Both the position numbers and the translations under genes were made by a program. Under the pieces are notes generated by a model. That model was not told where the DNA came from. It saw only the letters and a list, made by a program, of their open reading frames with translations, and ran no database searches. A stretch of DNA of 64,000 nucleotides from Eledone cirrhosa. Lineage: Eukaryota. Below, piece by piece: positions 14,389 through 27,834 of this stretch (its first letter is position 1; every line of letters starts with the position of its first letter). The stretch is taken from the NCBI GenBank assembly GCA_964016885.1, contig OZ024741.1, positions 269,824,001 through 269,888,000 on the forward strand, written 5' to 3'.

Positions 14389-14838
14389 TTTCTAAGTTGA
14401 CGACATCGAAAATGACAAGTGTTTTATTACTTTGCCAAAAACTCAAAAGCGGGAAATTGCAGAGGAGAAATATGTATATATGTATATATGTATATATGTA
14501 TATATGCATATATGTATATATGTATATATGTATATATGTATATATGTATATGTGTGTTTGCGTATATATATATATATGTGTAAATGTGCATGTTTGTAAA
14601 TGTGTATATGTATATGTGTAAATGTGTATATGCATATGTGTATATGTATATGTGTATATGTAAATGTGTATTATGTGTATATATTTATATGTATATATGT
14701 GTATATGTGTGTATATGTGTATATATGTATATATGTATATATGTATATATGTATATGTGTATATATGTATATATATATAGGAACCAGTAAGACCCCGACA
14801 GCTGAGCTCAAGCCGTTTCGACGGCTAATTCTGGACTG

Positions 14839-14871
<33 letters not shown>

Positions 14872-14888
14872 ATATATGTGTATATATG

Positions 14889-14921
<33 letters not shown>

Positions 14922-15027
14922 ATATATATATGTATATATGTATATATATATATATATATGTGTGTGTATATATGTGTATATATGTATATATATATGTGTG
15001 TGTGTGTGTATATATGTATATATATAT

Positions 15028-17158
15028 AGGAACCAGTAAGACCCCGACAGCTGAGCTCAAGCCGTTTCGACGGCTAATTCTGGACTAAATGAACATTTAT
15101 CCTGGTATTTAAATAGCCGATCTTCTCAAGGGGTAATTCCATATATGGTCAAAGTGATTGTCAAAAATCAGTAGTAATTCTGTGGTTGCAAATTAGTAGG
15201 GGAGATGGTGGCTAAACCTGCCAGTAGGAGAAAGAGGGGAGGGGGTGGAGTAGACCCAATCAAGCGTTGGTAGTGCCAGCTACAGCTGGGCATGAGGTCA
15301 AAGAAGATACAGGGGAGGGGGAGGGGGAGGAAGTCGGAACGGTAGGTAGAACAATGGGGGGTAAAAATAGGAAAGAAAAAATACTGAGAGTGAAGAAAAG
15401 CAAAAAAGTGTAAAGAAAAAATTAAATTCTACGACCTAGGTGTCAGGCTATTGTTAGGCGAGAATAAAATAAAGAAAGAAAGAAAGAAGTAAATAAATAA
15501 ATAAATAAATAAATAAGGAAATAAGTAAAAGAACTAGGTGGGACGAATTAAGCAAGGACCCTTTTAAGAGGTATAAGTACGTAAATGATACGGTGACTGG
15601 TCAACAAAAGGGGCCAAAATACTAAAGAGACTACCACGAAATAAACAATAAAGGTTTCCATCCCGGGCCAGCAACGACCCAGTGCAGCAAAGTGAACTTG
15701 TACGACATAATAATTCTGAGTCCCGGGAAAAATATATACTAATGCTAACTCTAAAAGATCTAAAACAAGCTACATGAAAGTTCGTACGAAATAAAGGTAG
15801 AATACGGAGAAATAAGTTCAGAATCCACCCCGCCCAGAAGAAAAGCGAAGCAAGAAATACTGAAACGAAAAAATAAGGCATAAGTGCCACTAAGAAATAA
15901 AGAGGGCACAGAGAATAGTGGGAGCGGTCGGAAAAGGGGGGCAAGTATCCGGGGTCTAAGCCAACTGCTATAAAGGGCGGAGTCCGCCAAATCTATCAAA
16001 GACTAGGGGAGGGGGGAGTGGGGGTACTAAGGCTACATGGGGCCAAAGGGCAGCCTCGGGTGGGCGAGAAAAGACGCCGACAAAGGAGAAGAGCTGGGGT
16101 AGAAGGACAAAGGAGAGAGGGGGGAAGGAAATAAAGGATGCGATAAAAGAATACAAAGAAGATCTTACGTCTTCCTTGGCAAGCAGGGGTTACCCATTGC
16201 AAAATCGGCAACTGGGGTGTTAAAGCCCTAGTCTACCCCCCCGGGTCATTATGGGGTTTGAGGGCGAGGTAAGTCCTACGCAATCTATGTTTATTTCTCC
16301 GTATTCTACCTTTATTTCGTACGAACTTTCATGTAGCTTGTTTTAGATCTTTTAGAGTTAGCATTAGTATATATTTTTCCCGGGACTCAGAATTATTATG
16401 TCGTACAAGTTCACTTTGCTGCACTGGGTCGTTGCTGGCCCGGGATGGAAACCTTTATTGTTTATTTCGTGGTAGTCTCTTTAGTATTTTGGCCCCTTTT
16501 GTTGACCAGTCACCGTATCATTTACGTACTTATACCTCTTAAAAGGGTCCTTGCTTAATTCGTCCCACCTAGTTCTTTTACTTATTTCCTTATTTATTTA
16601 TTTATTTATTTATTTACTTCTTTCTTTCTTTCTTTATTTTATTCTCGCCTAACAATAGCCTGACACCTAGGTCGTAGAATTTAATTTTTTCTTTACACTT
16701 TTTTGCTTTTCTTCACTCTCAGTATTTTTTCTTTCCTATTTTTACCCCCCATTGTTCTACCTACCGTTCCGACTTCCTCCCCCTCCCCCTCCCCTGTATC
16801 TTCTTTGACCTCATGCCCAGCTGTAGCTGGCACTACCAACGCTTGATTGGGTCTACTCCACCCCCTCCCCTCTTTCTCCTACTGGCAGGTTTAGCCACCA
16901 TCTCCCCTACTAATTTGCAACCACAGAATTACTACTGATTTTTGACAATCACTTTGACCATATATGGAATTACCCCTTGAGAAGATCGGCTATTTAAATA
17001 CCAGGATAAATGTTCATTTAGTCCAGAATTAGCCGTCGAAACGGCTTGAGCTCAGCTGTCGGGGTCTTACTGGTTCCTATTACCCACTCTACTACCTCAA
17101 GTATTGAGTACTTTGGTGCGTTATGGTCCACCTGGTTCCTTACCACATTTCCTTCGTT
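15028..17158 (+). mobile_element. Palindromic non-coding element (family Q): about 788-bp inverted arms 15028-15815 and 16291-17078, a 475-bp spacer and an 80-bp unpaired tail; probable PLE-type pLTR structure
   Basis: The arms are reverse complements with no mismatch noticed by eye. The element is flanked by (TA)n. Related ends occur at 14779, 21181, 26385 and 44520. Confidence 0.8.
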
Positions 17159-17159
17159 G

Positions 17160-17198
<39 letters not shown>

Positions 17199-17393
17199 GT
17201 GTGTGTTTGTGTGTATATATGTATATATATATATGTGTGTGTGTGTGTGTATATATATGTATATATATATGTATATATATATATATGTGTGTGTGTGTAG
17301 ATGTGCGATGAGTGACGCTAATGGTGAACGTTTGGACATTAAATAAATAGAAAAAAAACCTTGTTTGTCGAGATTTAGCAATATCAGTATCAA

Positions 17394-17756
17394 TGGTGGT
17401 GGTGGTGGTGGTGGTGGTGGTGGTGGTGTTGAGGGTGGCGGGGTGTGGTGGGGTGGGGGTGGGGTGCTTGTGGTGGTGGTGTGTGGTGGTGGTGGTGGTG
17501 GTGGTGGTGGTGGTGGTGGTGGTGGTGGTGGTGGTGCGTGGTGGTGGTTGTCGTGGTGGTGGTGTGTGGTGGTGGTTGTGGTGGTGGTGGTGGTGGTGGT
17601 GGTATGTGTGTGATGGTGGTGGTGGTGTTGGTGGTGGTGTTGGTGGTGGTGTTGAGGGTAGTGGTTGTGGTGGTGGATGTGGTGGTGGTGGTGGTGGTGG
17701 TAGTATGTGTGTGTGTGTGTGGTGGTGGTGTGTGTGTGTGTGTGTGTGTTGGGGGG
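17394..17756. repeat. (GGT)n/(GT)n microsatellite
   Basis: Direct inspection. Confidence 0.93.
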
Positions 17757-17992
17757 TGATCATGTGAGTTGTTCGATTGACAGAATGTTCTAATAGAAGA
17801 TACACAACTACATATAAATAGTACAACTATACAGATACTGACAGCCCGCTGGATGTTACACATATAGATACATTGACGTATACATATATATATATAGTCA
17901 TATATATATATATATAGTCACATATATATATATAGTTATGTATATATGTAACTACATATATATATATATATAATTATGTATATATATATAGT

Positions 17993-18041
<49 letters not shown>

Positions 18042-18091
18042 GTTATGTATATGTATATATATATATAGATATGTATATATAGATATATAAT

Positions 18092-18137
<46 letters not shown>

Positions 18138-18277
18138 ATATATATATATATATATACATATATACATATATATATGTACCTATATATATACTTACACATA
18201 CATATACATATGTGTGTCTGCGTGTATTTATATAAATATATAGTATATATACATATGTATATATATATATATATGTG

Positions 18278-18385
<108 letters not shown>

Positions 18386-18391
18386 TATATA

Positions 18392-18433
<42 letters not shown>

Positions 18434-18670
18434 CGGTAACCAGCCATAAGATCAACGGTTAAGATGTGAAATATAAATTATGTTATGACATTTACAAGAA
18501 CCGACTTTAGCCAGAAGAAGACATGTTTTCAGTTCTGTAGTGGAACCAAATATATGTCCCAACAGAGACAACTGAGTTGTTGATTACACCATGTCTAGTA
18601 GGTGGGGTGGAGTGAAGGAGTGTGGGTTGGTGTGTGTGTAGGAGTATGGTAGAGGTGTAGGGGTGTGTTG

Positions 18671-18872
18671 AAGAATAAGATTTAATAATGTAATTTTGAT
18701 TTGATATATTACAAAAAATAATGTTTTCCAATGTTTCATGCATTACATTTTACATTGAGTAATATTGAAATGCAGAGTTTTTCTCCATAAATGATATCAC
18801 TGATTTAAAATCAGTCATCATTTTCTTACAAATAAATGTGTGAAACGCAGCAAGGCGCGGGTAATTCAGCTA

Positions 18873-18873
<1 letters not shown>
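18671..18873 (+). mobile_element. Helitron-type element, 3' end (same family as 11680-12347)
   Basis: Near-identical to 12143-12347 and ends in GCTAG|T. Confidence 0.75.
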
Positions 18874-18954
<81 letters not shown>

Positions 18955-19170
18955 ACACGCACAGATAAATCTCCAATTAACGGTACGGTCCAAGCCGTAT
19001 GAAGAACTCAATGTAATCTGTATGTGTAAGATGTCGTGAAGTAAAGTTAAAAATACAAAATTTCAACGAAGCAGAGTCAACATAATAATACAAATAGTGA
19101 AAACAATGAAATTAAACAAAATACATAGTAAAAATCATATAGGAGAAAGAGGCCCATTGTTTTCACTATT

Positions 19171-19246
<76 letters not shown>

Positions 19247-19703
19247 CACCTACAGAGATGGTGATCCACAAACATATTTGATGGACTGGGAGATGAGAAA
19301 AAGAACATCAATGTAAAGGTGAGGTGTTGGTATAAGTTTAGTACAAGACGTGGTAGAGGTTGTAGTGATGGTGAAGCTGCCCCTGCTGTTGGCGGTGGTG
19401 GTGGTGGTGGTGGTGGTGGTGGTGGTGGCGGTGGTGGTGGTGGCAGTATGGGAGTTAGTGGCTGGCAGTGATGGTGGTTGTTTTAATATTCTTCTCTATT
19501 TGTTTGTCTGTATAGGTATGAAGGCGATAGTTATTAGTTAGCAGACAGACCACGCTTCAATGAACTGACAGCCACGTGACATTCTACTTCTGTCAGTAAG
19601 AACACATGGAGATATAAATACGTCTGTGTGTATTAGAAATATATAATATATATATATATAATATATATATATATTCTTCTATATTAAAACTGTTATACTC
19701 TGC

Positions 19704-19765
<62 letters not shown>

Positions 19766-19795
19766 TATATATATATGTGTGTGTGTGTGTATATA

Positions 19796-19840
<45 letters not shown>

Positions 19841-19857
19841 ATATATATACATTTATA

Positions 19858-19947
<90 letters not shown>

Positions 19948-19969
19948 ATACATTTATATAATTATATAC

Positions 19970-20029
<60 letters not shown>

Positions 20030-20082
20030 GTATATATACGAATATATATATTTGTATGTGTACATATATACTTATATACATA

Positions 20083-20128
<46 letters not shown>

Positions 20129-20175
20129 CATACATACATGTATATATATATATATGTATATGTGTGTGTGTGTAT

Positions 20176-20241
<66 letters not shown>

Positions 20242-20730
20242 ATACATATATATATATATAATCACTGGTATGTGGCGGAGTGGGGGGGGGTTTATTTCAT
20301 TGGAAGAAGAAGAAAGAGATTTTGTCCGTAGACTGTCAAAGATATTGACAGAAGTTGGGTAGATGACGTAAACAGAGTGTGAAGATAGTTTGGGATGAGG
20401 ATGTTGATGTTGATGATGGTGATGGTGATGGTGATGGTGATGGTCGTGATGGTCGTGATGGTGATGATGGTGCAGGTGATGGTACTCATGATGATGATGA
20501 TGATGATAATGATGATGATGATGATGATGATAGTGGTGGTGGTGGTGTTGATGGTGGTGTTGGTAGTGGTGTTGGTGGTGGTGGGGTTTTATTTTTTTTT
20601 TTGGGGGGGGGGTCATGATCATGATGGTGATAATAATGCCGGTGATGATGTTAATGATAACGATGATGAAGATGATGATGATGCTAATGATGTTGATCAT
20701 CATCGTCACCATCATCACCAATATCATCAT

Positions 20731-20761
<31 letters not shown>

Positions 20762-21180
20762 AGCTTGCAGGATATTGTTCCCCCACCAGTCCACACACAC
20801 AACACTATTTTCTACATGTCTAACTTCTTTTATTACAAACACTCAACTATAGGAAATAACTCGACCAATGTCTAACTAAGGTGCGACGGATGAACAGGTA
20901 TACGTAGGCAAACACGCTGTTTGTATTTTCATATATATGTTTGTGTGTGTACGTAAGCACACACACACACACATACACACACACAAATATATATATATAT
21001 ATATCACATAAGGAACGGAGAATCAGTGTTGCGACGAATAAAATGTATTAAACATATTACAATCGTTTCTCTGGCGACCAGCTCGAGGCTCGATCGATGT
21101 AATGATCGAACCTGACTCTGAAATCGCAAGGTCCTCGGATACGTCTCGATTCTACGAAGCAGAGTTTCCATATATATATA

Positions 21181-21384
21181 GGAAATTTTTCAAGACCCCC
21201 GACGGCAGAGCTCAAGCCATTTCGACGGCTATTTCTGGACTCTGAGTCGATAAATAGCCGCCGAAACGGCTTGAGCTCTGCCGTCAGGGTCTTGAACAAT
21301 TTCCTATTACCCACTCTACTACCCTAAGTATTGAGTACTCTGGTGCGTTATGGTCCACCTGGTTCCTTACCACACTTCCTTCGA
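21181..21384 (+). mobile_element. Short hairpin copy of family Q
   Basis: Inverted arms of about 55 bp plus the same tail (CCTATTACCCACTCTACTACC...CCTTCG), set between (TA)n runs. Confidence 0.8.
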
Positions 21385-21476
21385 TATATATATATATATA
21401 CTTAAAAATAAGAAGAAAGCATGAACGGGAGAAAGTTTTCCTTCATCAATTGTCTGCTGGGGGTCTTGGATATTTC

Positions 21477-21904
21477 TTTAGAAGAGTATATACTTCGAAT
21501 GAAACAGTTCTAATCCTGTAGAAGCCATTTTTATATTAAATGTTGTTATATATATAGTGAATGTACTCTGTCTCGCTCTACACCTCGACACTGAAGTGAA
21601 CCTAAACATCGAGTGCTCACCCGGGTGAACCTACAGTAACTCCCTGGTTCAATCGGGAGTAACCACAGTAAATAAGGTACTCAATACATTAGAAGAGTAT
21701 ATACTTCGAATGAAACAGTTCTAGTCCTGTAGAAGCCATTTTATATTAAATTTTGTTATATATATATATTTTGTTATATATATATATAACAAAATTTAAT
21801 ATAAAATGGCTTCTACAGGACTAGAACTGTTTCATTCGAAATATATACTCTTCTAATGTATTGAGTACCTTACTTACTGTGGTTACTCCCGATTGAACCA
21901 GGGA
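21477..21904. repeat. pLTR-like repeat cluster: two direct copies and one inverted copy
   Basis: TTAGAAGAGTATATACTTCGAATGAAACAG... occurs at 21478 and 21688. The segment 21786-21904 is the reverse complement of about 21641-21760. Confidence 0.75.
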
Positions 21905-22719
21905 CTTACATACACACACGCTCGTATATTATTAAATATACTATTACTCAATGTTGTTATTGAGGGCGCGGAATTGTCAGTATCTGTGGAGATCGGACAA
22001 AACGTTTTAATTACGAGTTTCTGCATTCTGAGTTCAAATCCTTCGGATCTTATGATTTTGTTTTGTTTTTTTGTCGTGAGAACTCTTTCCTTTTGCCGGC
22101 CAAATACACTGCTTGAAAATATATTTATGAGTTGTCTTACTTTGTTCCTATATCTTTCTTCTATATGTACTATCAATTTTCTGAAGGCTGTGTACGTAAT
22201 TTCTAATATTTTTGTCTTGTGCGTGTGAGTTCTGTTTATGTATTTATGGTTAGCTGTATTTTATACTCTGTAGTAATGTTGCTAAGAAAATATAGTAGGT
22301 GATACTTTTAATCTATTTCTTTCCAAAGGATTGATATAGGGTTGACGTTTTCTCTGCAGCTAAGTGTAGCTGTAGATTTATTACTATTCTGGTGGCTAGA
22401 GTTTAGCAATTTATTCATAGTTACAAGAGACAGCGATATTTTAAAGCTAAAATTCTAGCCAGAATGAAATGATGGTCTTACTTCACAAATGCTAATGTTG
22501 TCAACTGTGTTGAGCTGGTTAGTACGACTTTCAAGCTATGCATTCTTTATATTCTGTCGGCTAAAATAATATGATAAACCGCTCTAATTTAATCTATGAT
22601 TGATGAGTTGTCCCGTAACTCCTGAAGAAGTTGAAGGGGTGCAATATTCTGATACGCTGTTTCTAGGACATTTTTAACCATTTCCTCTCCAAATTTGAAT
22701 ACGATAGATTTCTTTCACA

Positions 22720-22915
22720 GAAGGATACAGAGTGGGAAAATGGAAGTGGTAAAAAGATATAGAGAAAGAATCGACCCCAGTACTCGACTGGTACATTTTT
22801 ATCCACCTGTAATGGATGAAAGGTAAAGTTGCCCTCGACAGGATTTGAACTCAGAGAGCAGAGAACCGAAATGAATACCACAAAGCATTCTATCCGATGT
22901 TCTAATGACTCTGCC
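22720..22915 (-). mobile_element. Older SINE family A-related copy
   Basis: Contains the central domain and a reverse B-box GGATTTGAACTC. Confidence 0.7.
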
Positions 22916-23499
22916 TTTTAATCTATGATATTTAGCTGCAATTAAATAAGGGGTTACAGGCAATTTAAAAGACAGGTCCCTAAATCAGTCTCTAAAACGT
23001 AACAGTGATGATAAAGTTTTCTAGTATTCACACAAAGCACTTCAAATTTTGAGGGATGTAGTTGATTCAATTGACTCTAGAATATGACAGGGATGGATAA
23101 ACAGCAAGGTTAATCTCAGCGGTATTAGTTATACAGTGGAACGTAGTTTGGTTTTATGCCCTAACGTTTATTATTTAGACAAAAAAAGTGAAATAAATTA
23201 ACAGGATTGATGCACACAGCCGGGTTGGAAGTGGTATCAAGACTAGCGGGTGTAGGATCAGTCCGTGATCTCCCACATTCACATGATAAGTTTGCTGCCT
23301 GTGACACAACCCAGAAACAACGTTGTCACTTATTTCTCTGTCACCGCTAGAACAAGAGGATGGTGATAGTCATATAAAAAAAAAAACAGAGCGTAATGAG
23401 GCAAACGAAACGAATATTATAATTATTCCATATAAAACTCACGAATACATTTACGTATCCGTTATGTTAGAGCGAAAAATAAAATTCTATTTTTATATA

Positions 23500-23535
<36 letters not shown>

Positions 23536-23811
23536 TGTATGTGTGTGTGTATGTATGTATGTATGTGTGTATGTATGTTCTTCTGGTTTTATAATTTCAC
23601 GAAGTTTTACCAATAGAGAGAGAGTCGGTTTCTAACATAGACACAAGACTCTCTCATTGGAATTTACACAACATCAACTAGGTAGATATGTATGTATGTC
23701 TGCATGCATGCATGTGTAGATATGGATGTTATTGTATGTGTGGATGTGGATGTTTTGAGTTGTATGTTTGCATGTGTATATGCTTTGTATCTGTACATGT
23801 ATATATGCAGT

Positions 23812-24425
23812 TATTAGATGCAAAATTTTTGGAATGTTTTACATATTTTTACTGTTCCATTAATGGATTGTACTTGTAATTTCCTAACTAGTTGTGTTCT
23901 TTCTGTTCCTGTGAAGCCTAGCTTCTCAAGATTTGTATTGAGGCAGTTACTAACATATCCCAGTGCCCCAATAATCACAGGCATAAATCTGAAGGTGTAA
24001 TCAGTTCTGCATAAATATTCTCCTTTTCACTAATCTTTGATATTATATTGGCATCTGCTGGGCAGCTAATTTCCACTACTGTGCATGTTTTCTTCTCCCT
24101 GTCCCATATCATAATATCTGGTCTGTTATGCCTGCATTTTATTGGGGTTTTTACTGGAACATTCCACCAGTACTCTTTCATATTATGTACATGGATGTCT
24201 TCCACATTGTTGTAGCTTTTAATGTGTTTATCATCGGGGCTATCTTTTTTACGAACTGCATTGTACAGTGTTTTGGCCACTACATCATGCCTCATAGGTA
24301 GATAGTACCGTGATGACATCTTTGGGCAGCTGCTGATGACATGGGTGATATCCTCGATGTTAGTTCTGCAGAGTCTGCAATTGTTATCACATCTAGGTGT
24401 TTTGCCTGCATCCCTATCTCTTTTG
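23812..24425 (-). mobile_element. R4/Dong-like LINE, 3' end (CCHC plus PD-(D/E)xK endonuclease)
   Basis: Reads CRLCRTNIEDITHVISSC, RHDVVAK, HNRPDIMIWD..VVEISCP and PVIIGALG. Flanked by (TGTA)n. Confidence 0.85.
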
Positions 24426-24979
24426 TGTATGTATGTATGTATGTATGTATGTATGTATGTATGTATGTATGTATGTATGTATGTATGTATGTATGTATGT
24501 ACATATCCAAATGGGTAAAACTCGATACATAAAATAATGAAATTGTATGTATTTGTTTTTATTGTAACCGTGATTATATATATGTGTATATAAGATATAT
24601 ATGTATATAAGATATATATGTATATAAGATATATATGTATATAAGATATATGTATATAAGATAGAATATAATTGCCAAACAGTTTCAGAATTAGCTCAGT
24701 GTTTATATATATTATTGGTCTGAAGAATACAGAGATTCTTTTAGTTGAAAATCAAAGATTGGAAAGACAGACATAAACACAGAGTATATATAATAAAAAA
24801 AAATATAGATGGAAAAATTAGTTTTAAATCATTTTTAATCCCTTACACTTTGATATATGCGTCTATGTGTGTGTAGGTGTATAGGTGTGTCTACATGTGT
24901 GTGCATGCCGATGTGTATGCGTGTGCGCGTGCGAGTGTCTCTGTTTGTTATTCAGTGCAAAGCTGTGAGGATATGAAGT

Positions 24980-25105
<126 letters not shown>

Positions 25106-25508
25106 GTACGTGTTATATATATATATATAACACGTACACACACACACATACACGCACAACATATCAACTAAAATACATATCCATTTCAAAAATTTTTTAT
25201 TTAAGATACATCCTGACCCCCACTCCCCCAAAATGGCTGACTAAACACAAACGTGCTACCCATGTGTGAATTTTTTTAAATCTGTTTCATCGTCTTCCTA
25301 CTCTCGTCATTCTTTCTATTTCTGGTTTTATTTCTCATTTTAACTTCTGGTGAAGAACTAACTTCCAAAACGTTAAAACACTTTGATTAATATATCAAGC
25401 GTTAAAGTAACATATATCATCAGTGTACTCTATCGTTCCTATGCGTTGTTTTTGTCGGGTACTTTTCGCATACATACATATATACATTTATACACACACA
25501 CACACACA

Positions 25509-25593
<85 letters not shown>

Positions 25594-25757
25594 ACACACA
25601 CATATATATATATATATGAGCCTGGAGTAATTTAAATAATTTTTTAATGTTTTCCCTTAAAAATTTACACACATGCGCGTATATATATATATATATGACC
25701 CGGGATTAATTTAAATAGTTTTTAAGGTTTTCCCTTAAAAACTTTTCCTTAAAAAGA

Positions 25758-25801
<44 letters not shown>

Positions 25802-25808
25802 GGAGATA

Positions 25809-26190
25809 TGTAGTGACCTACATTCCGCGGGCTCACATACATTCTCTGTGCGTGATTTGGCTCAGTTCAGCCAATCAGCGCCAGTAGAAGAGGATGTATC
25901 CCTACGCGCCCTGAGGAAGAAATTCCCCGCGAAGATTTGAAGAATCTCTATCTTGTACCAGAAACTTCGAGCCAGCAACACGCATAATGTAGCAGTGAGA
26001 TATTGCACCCCTAGTCTCGCCGGCTTAACGGCGCAATGGCACATTCCCTTTTGTAACCTCTTTTTATCTGTAACTTCAACCATATAAATAAACAAACATT
26101 TCATCTCTAATTACTGCGGTTGAAGTCGTTATTATGTTACTCGTGTCTCAATAACATCTTTAATCCATGCTGCTGGAATTGGCGACCTGA
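25809..26190 (+). mobile_element. Putative LTR with a downstream PBS-like motif
   Basis: TGTAGTGA...TCAATAACA termini (25809-26156), a CCAAT box, AATAAA, and TGGCGACC at about 26180. The PBS is unusually far from the LTR end and no second LTR is seen. Confidence 0.45.
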
Positions 26191-26384
26191 CGAAAGGAAT
26201 ATTGTAAATAGATGGTAAATAGATCGAGGGACCTTCCCTCACGTCTATGTCAACAAGATAATCCAACGAGGATACTATCACTTACCACACTGGCAACTAA
26301 CGACCACTGATTCTACCACCCTGCTAAAGTGGCGATAGCATCTATAACTCATACTGCTAAATATACTGCTAATATATATATGTA

Positions 26385-26523
26385 GTCTGGAACTAACTGT
26401 TGAAACGGCAAGAGCTCAGCCGTCGGGCACCGGCTCTTTCTAATATAGCCATACCCAACTATTCCCAAGAATCGAGTACTATGTTGAGTAATGGTCGAAC
26501 TAGTTTAAAGCTGGTTCCACGCC
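26385..26523 (+). mobile_element. Diverged family Q terminus
   Basis: GTTGAAACGGCAAGAGCTCAGCCGTCGGG followed by a tail similar to 17078-17158. Confidence 0.6.
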
Positions 26524-26781
26524 TATATATATATATATATATATATGTAGAAGTTATATTTAATTTGTTGGGATACAACAAGCAAATATTTTTATAACTG
26601 ATATAAAGCACTCAACAAATTATTGGAGTAAAAATACAATATATTAACAAATGGAAACTATATTTATAAAACCATATTTATTTCATTATACATATTTCAA
26701 GGACACCAAAGCAAATTATGGTGCGCTTCATCAGATAAAATATAATATAGATCAGTTTTATAAACAAATATTGACATACCA

Positions 26782-26835
26782 AGGGCGGTGCCCCAGCATG
26801 GCCTCAGCCGGATGGCTGAAACAGGTAAAAGAGTA
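26782..26835 (+). mobile_element. SINE 3'-tail fragment (second copy at 33357-33410)
   Basis: AGGGCG.T.CCCCAGCATGGCCTCAGCCGGATGGCTGAAACAGGTAAAAGAGTA is present twice. Confidence 0.6.
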
Positions 26836-27109
26836 TACCCTTAAATAATGCGACCATGTCGGTTGGAAGCTCCCGGATAGTGGGGTTGCTAATTTTATTA
26901 TTGGTCTATTATGCAAATTAGTGTCGGAGAGGTTTAAATCCCAGTATATTTAAATTAAGCCATTGGAATAGGGAAAAAAGAAAAAGAAAAAGAAAGAGCA
27001 AACCCAAAGAAGGAAAACAAAAGAAAGAGAAATAGAGAAAACCCTAAGTGAGAGAGTGTTGTATTAACGTAATTTATGAGATGAAGCGAAAAAATAAATA
27101 GAAAACCTT

Positions 27110-27834
27110 ACAATAATTCGAAGAACAAAAAAAAGAAATAGAACTAGGAATATATTATGGTTCGCTCCTCCTTTCTCATTAAATATTAAAACTCCGATTG
27201 CTAAACTATTCTTTAAAGCTCTTGATAAATGCTTCCCTAGAACACATAGATATTACTCAATATCTATAGACATACTATAAAATTAACTTATTCAACCACC
27301 AGTAATTTACCGCAGAATATTAATAGAATTAATAATAGAAACTTAAAATCTAACCAGAATACCATTAACAACCCCAGCAATATCCGATTTAATAATACGG
27401 CTCCTAGTAACTTGAATTTTGATAAATGTAACTGTAGAAATAAATCTAACTGTCCGTTAAATAACAATTGTTTAGCTAAAAATATAGTATATAATTGTAA
27501 TGTAAAAACTAATTTAAATTCATTTAATTATGTAGGTTCTACTTCCACAGACTTTAAATCTCGTTTTAATAACCATAAATGCTCTTTTACGAATATAAAT
27601 AAAAAATCTTTAACTTCTCTACCTAGCTTACTATGGGACCTAAAATCAAAGAACATTAAGTATTCTTTACTTTGGAATATTATCTCCAAAGCACCTCCAT
27701 TCAATGCTTCTTCTGAAAATTGTGCTCTTTGTATAGAGGATATATTCTTTATATTAAAAAGCAAAAATTCTGTGAATTTAAGGAACAATCTTTTCAGTTG
27801 CTGCAAAGATAGCTTAAATTCAACGTTTAAATAA
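27110..27834 (+). mobile_element. Naiad-like PLE, 3' fragment (thumb plus GIY-YIG), decayed
   Basis: RNILWFAPPFS, CNCRNKSNCPLNNNCL and NIVYNC..YVGSTSTDFKSRFNNH; homologous to the 59187 ORF. Confidence 0.85.

Noticed and set aside
15564-16211. Protein-coding ORFs within the palindrome
   Set aside because: They are short with no recognisable domain, and the DFAMGNP resemblance to an RT motif is not followed by a YxDD.
25341-25380. Hammerhead-like remnants (also about 33790-33825, 47150-47216 and 62898-62930)
   Set aside because: Core nucleotides or stems are too degenerate to support a call.
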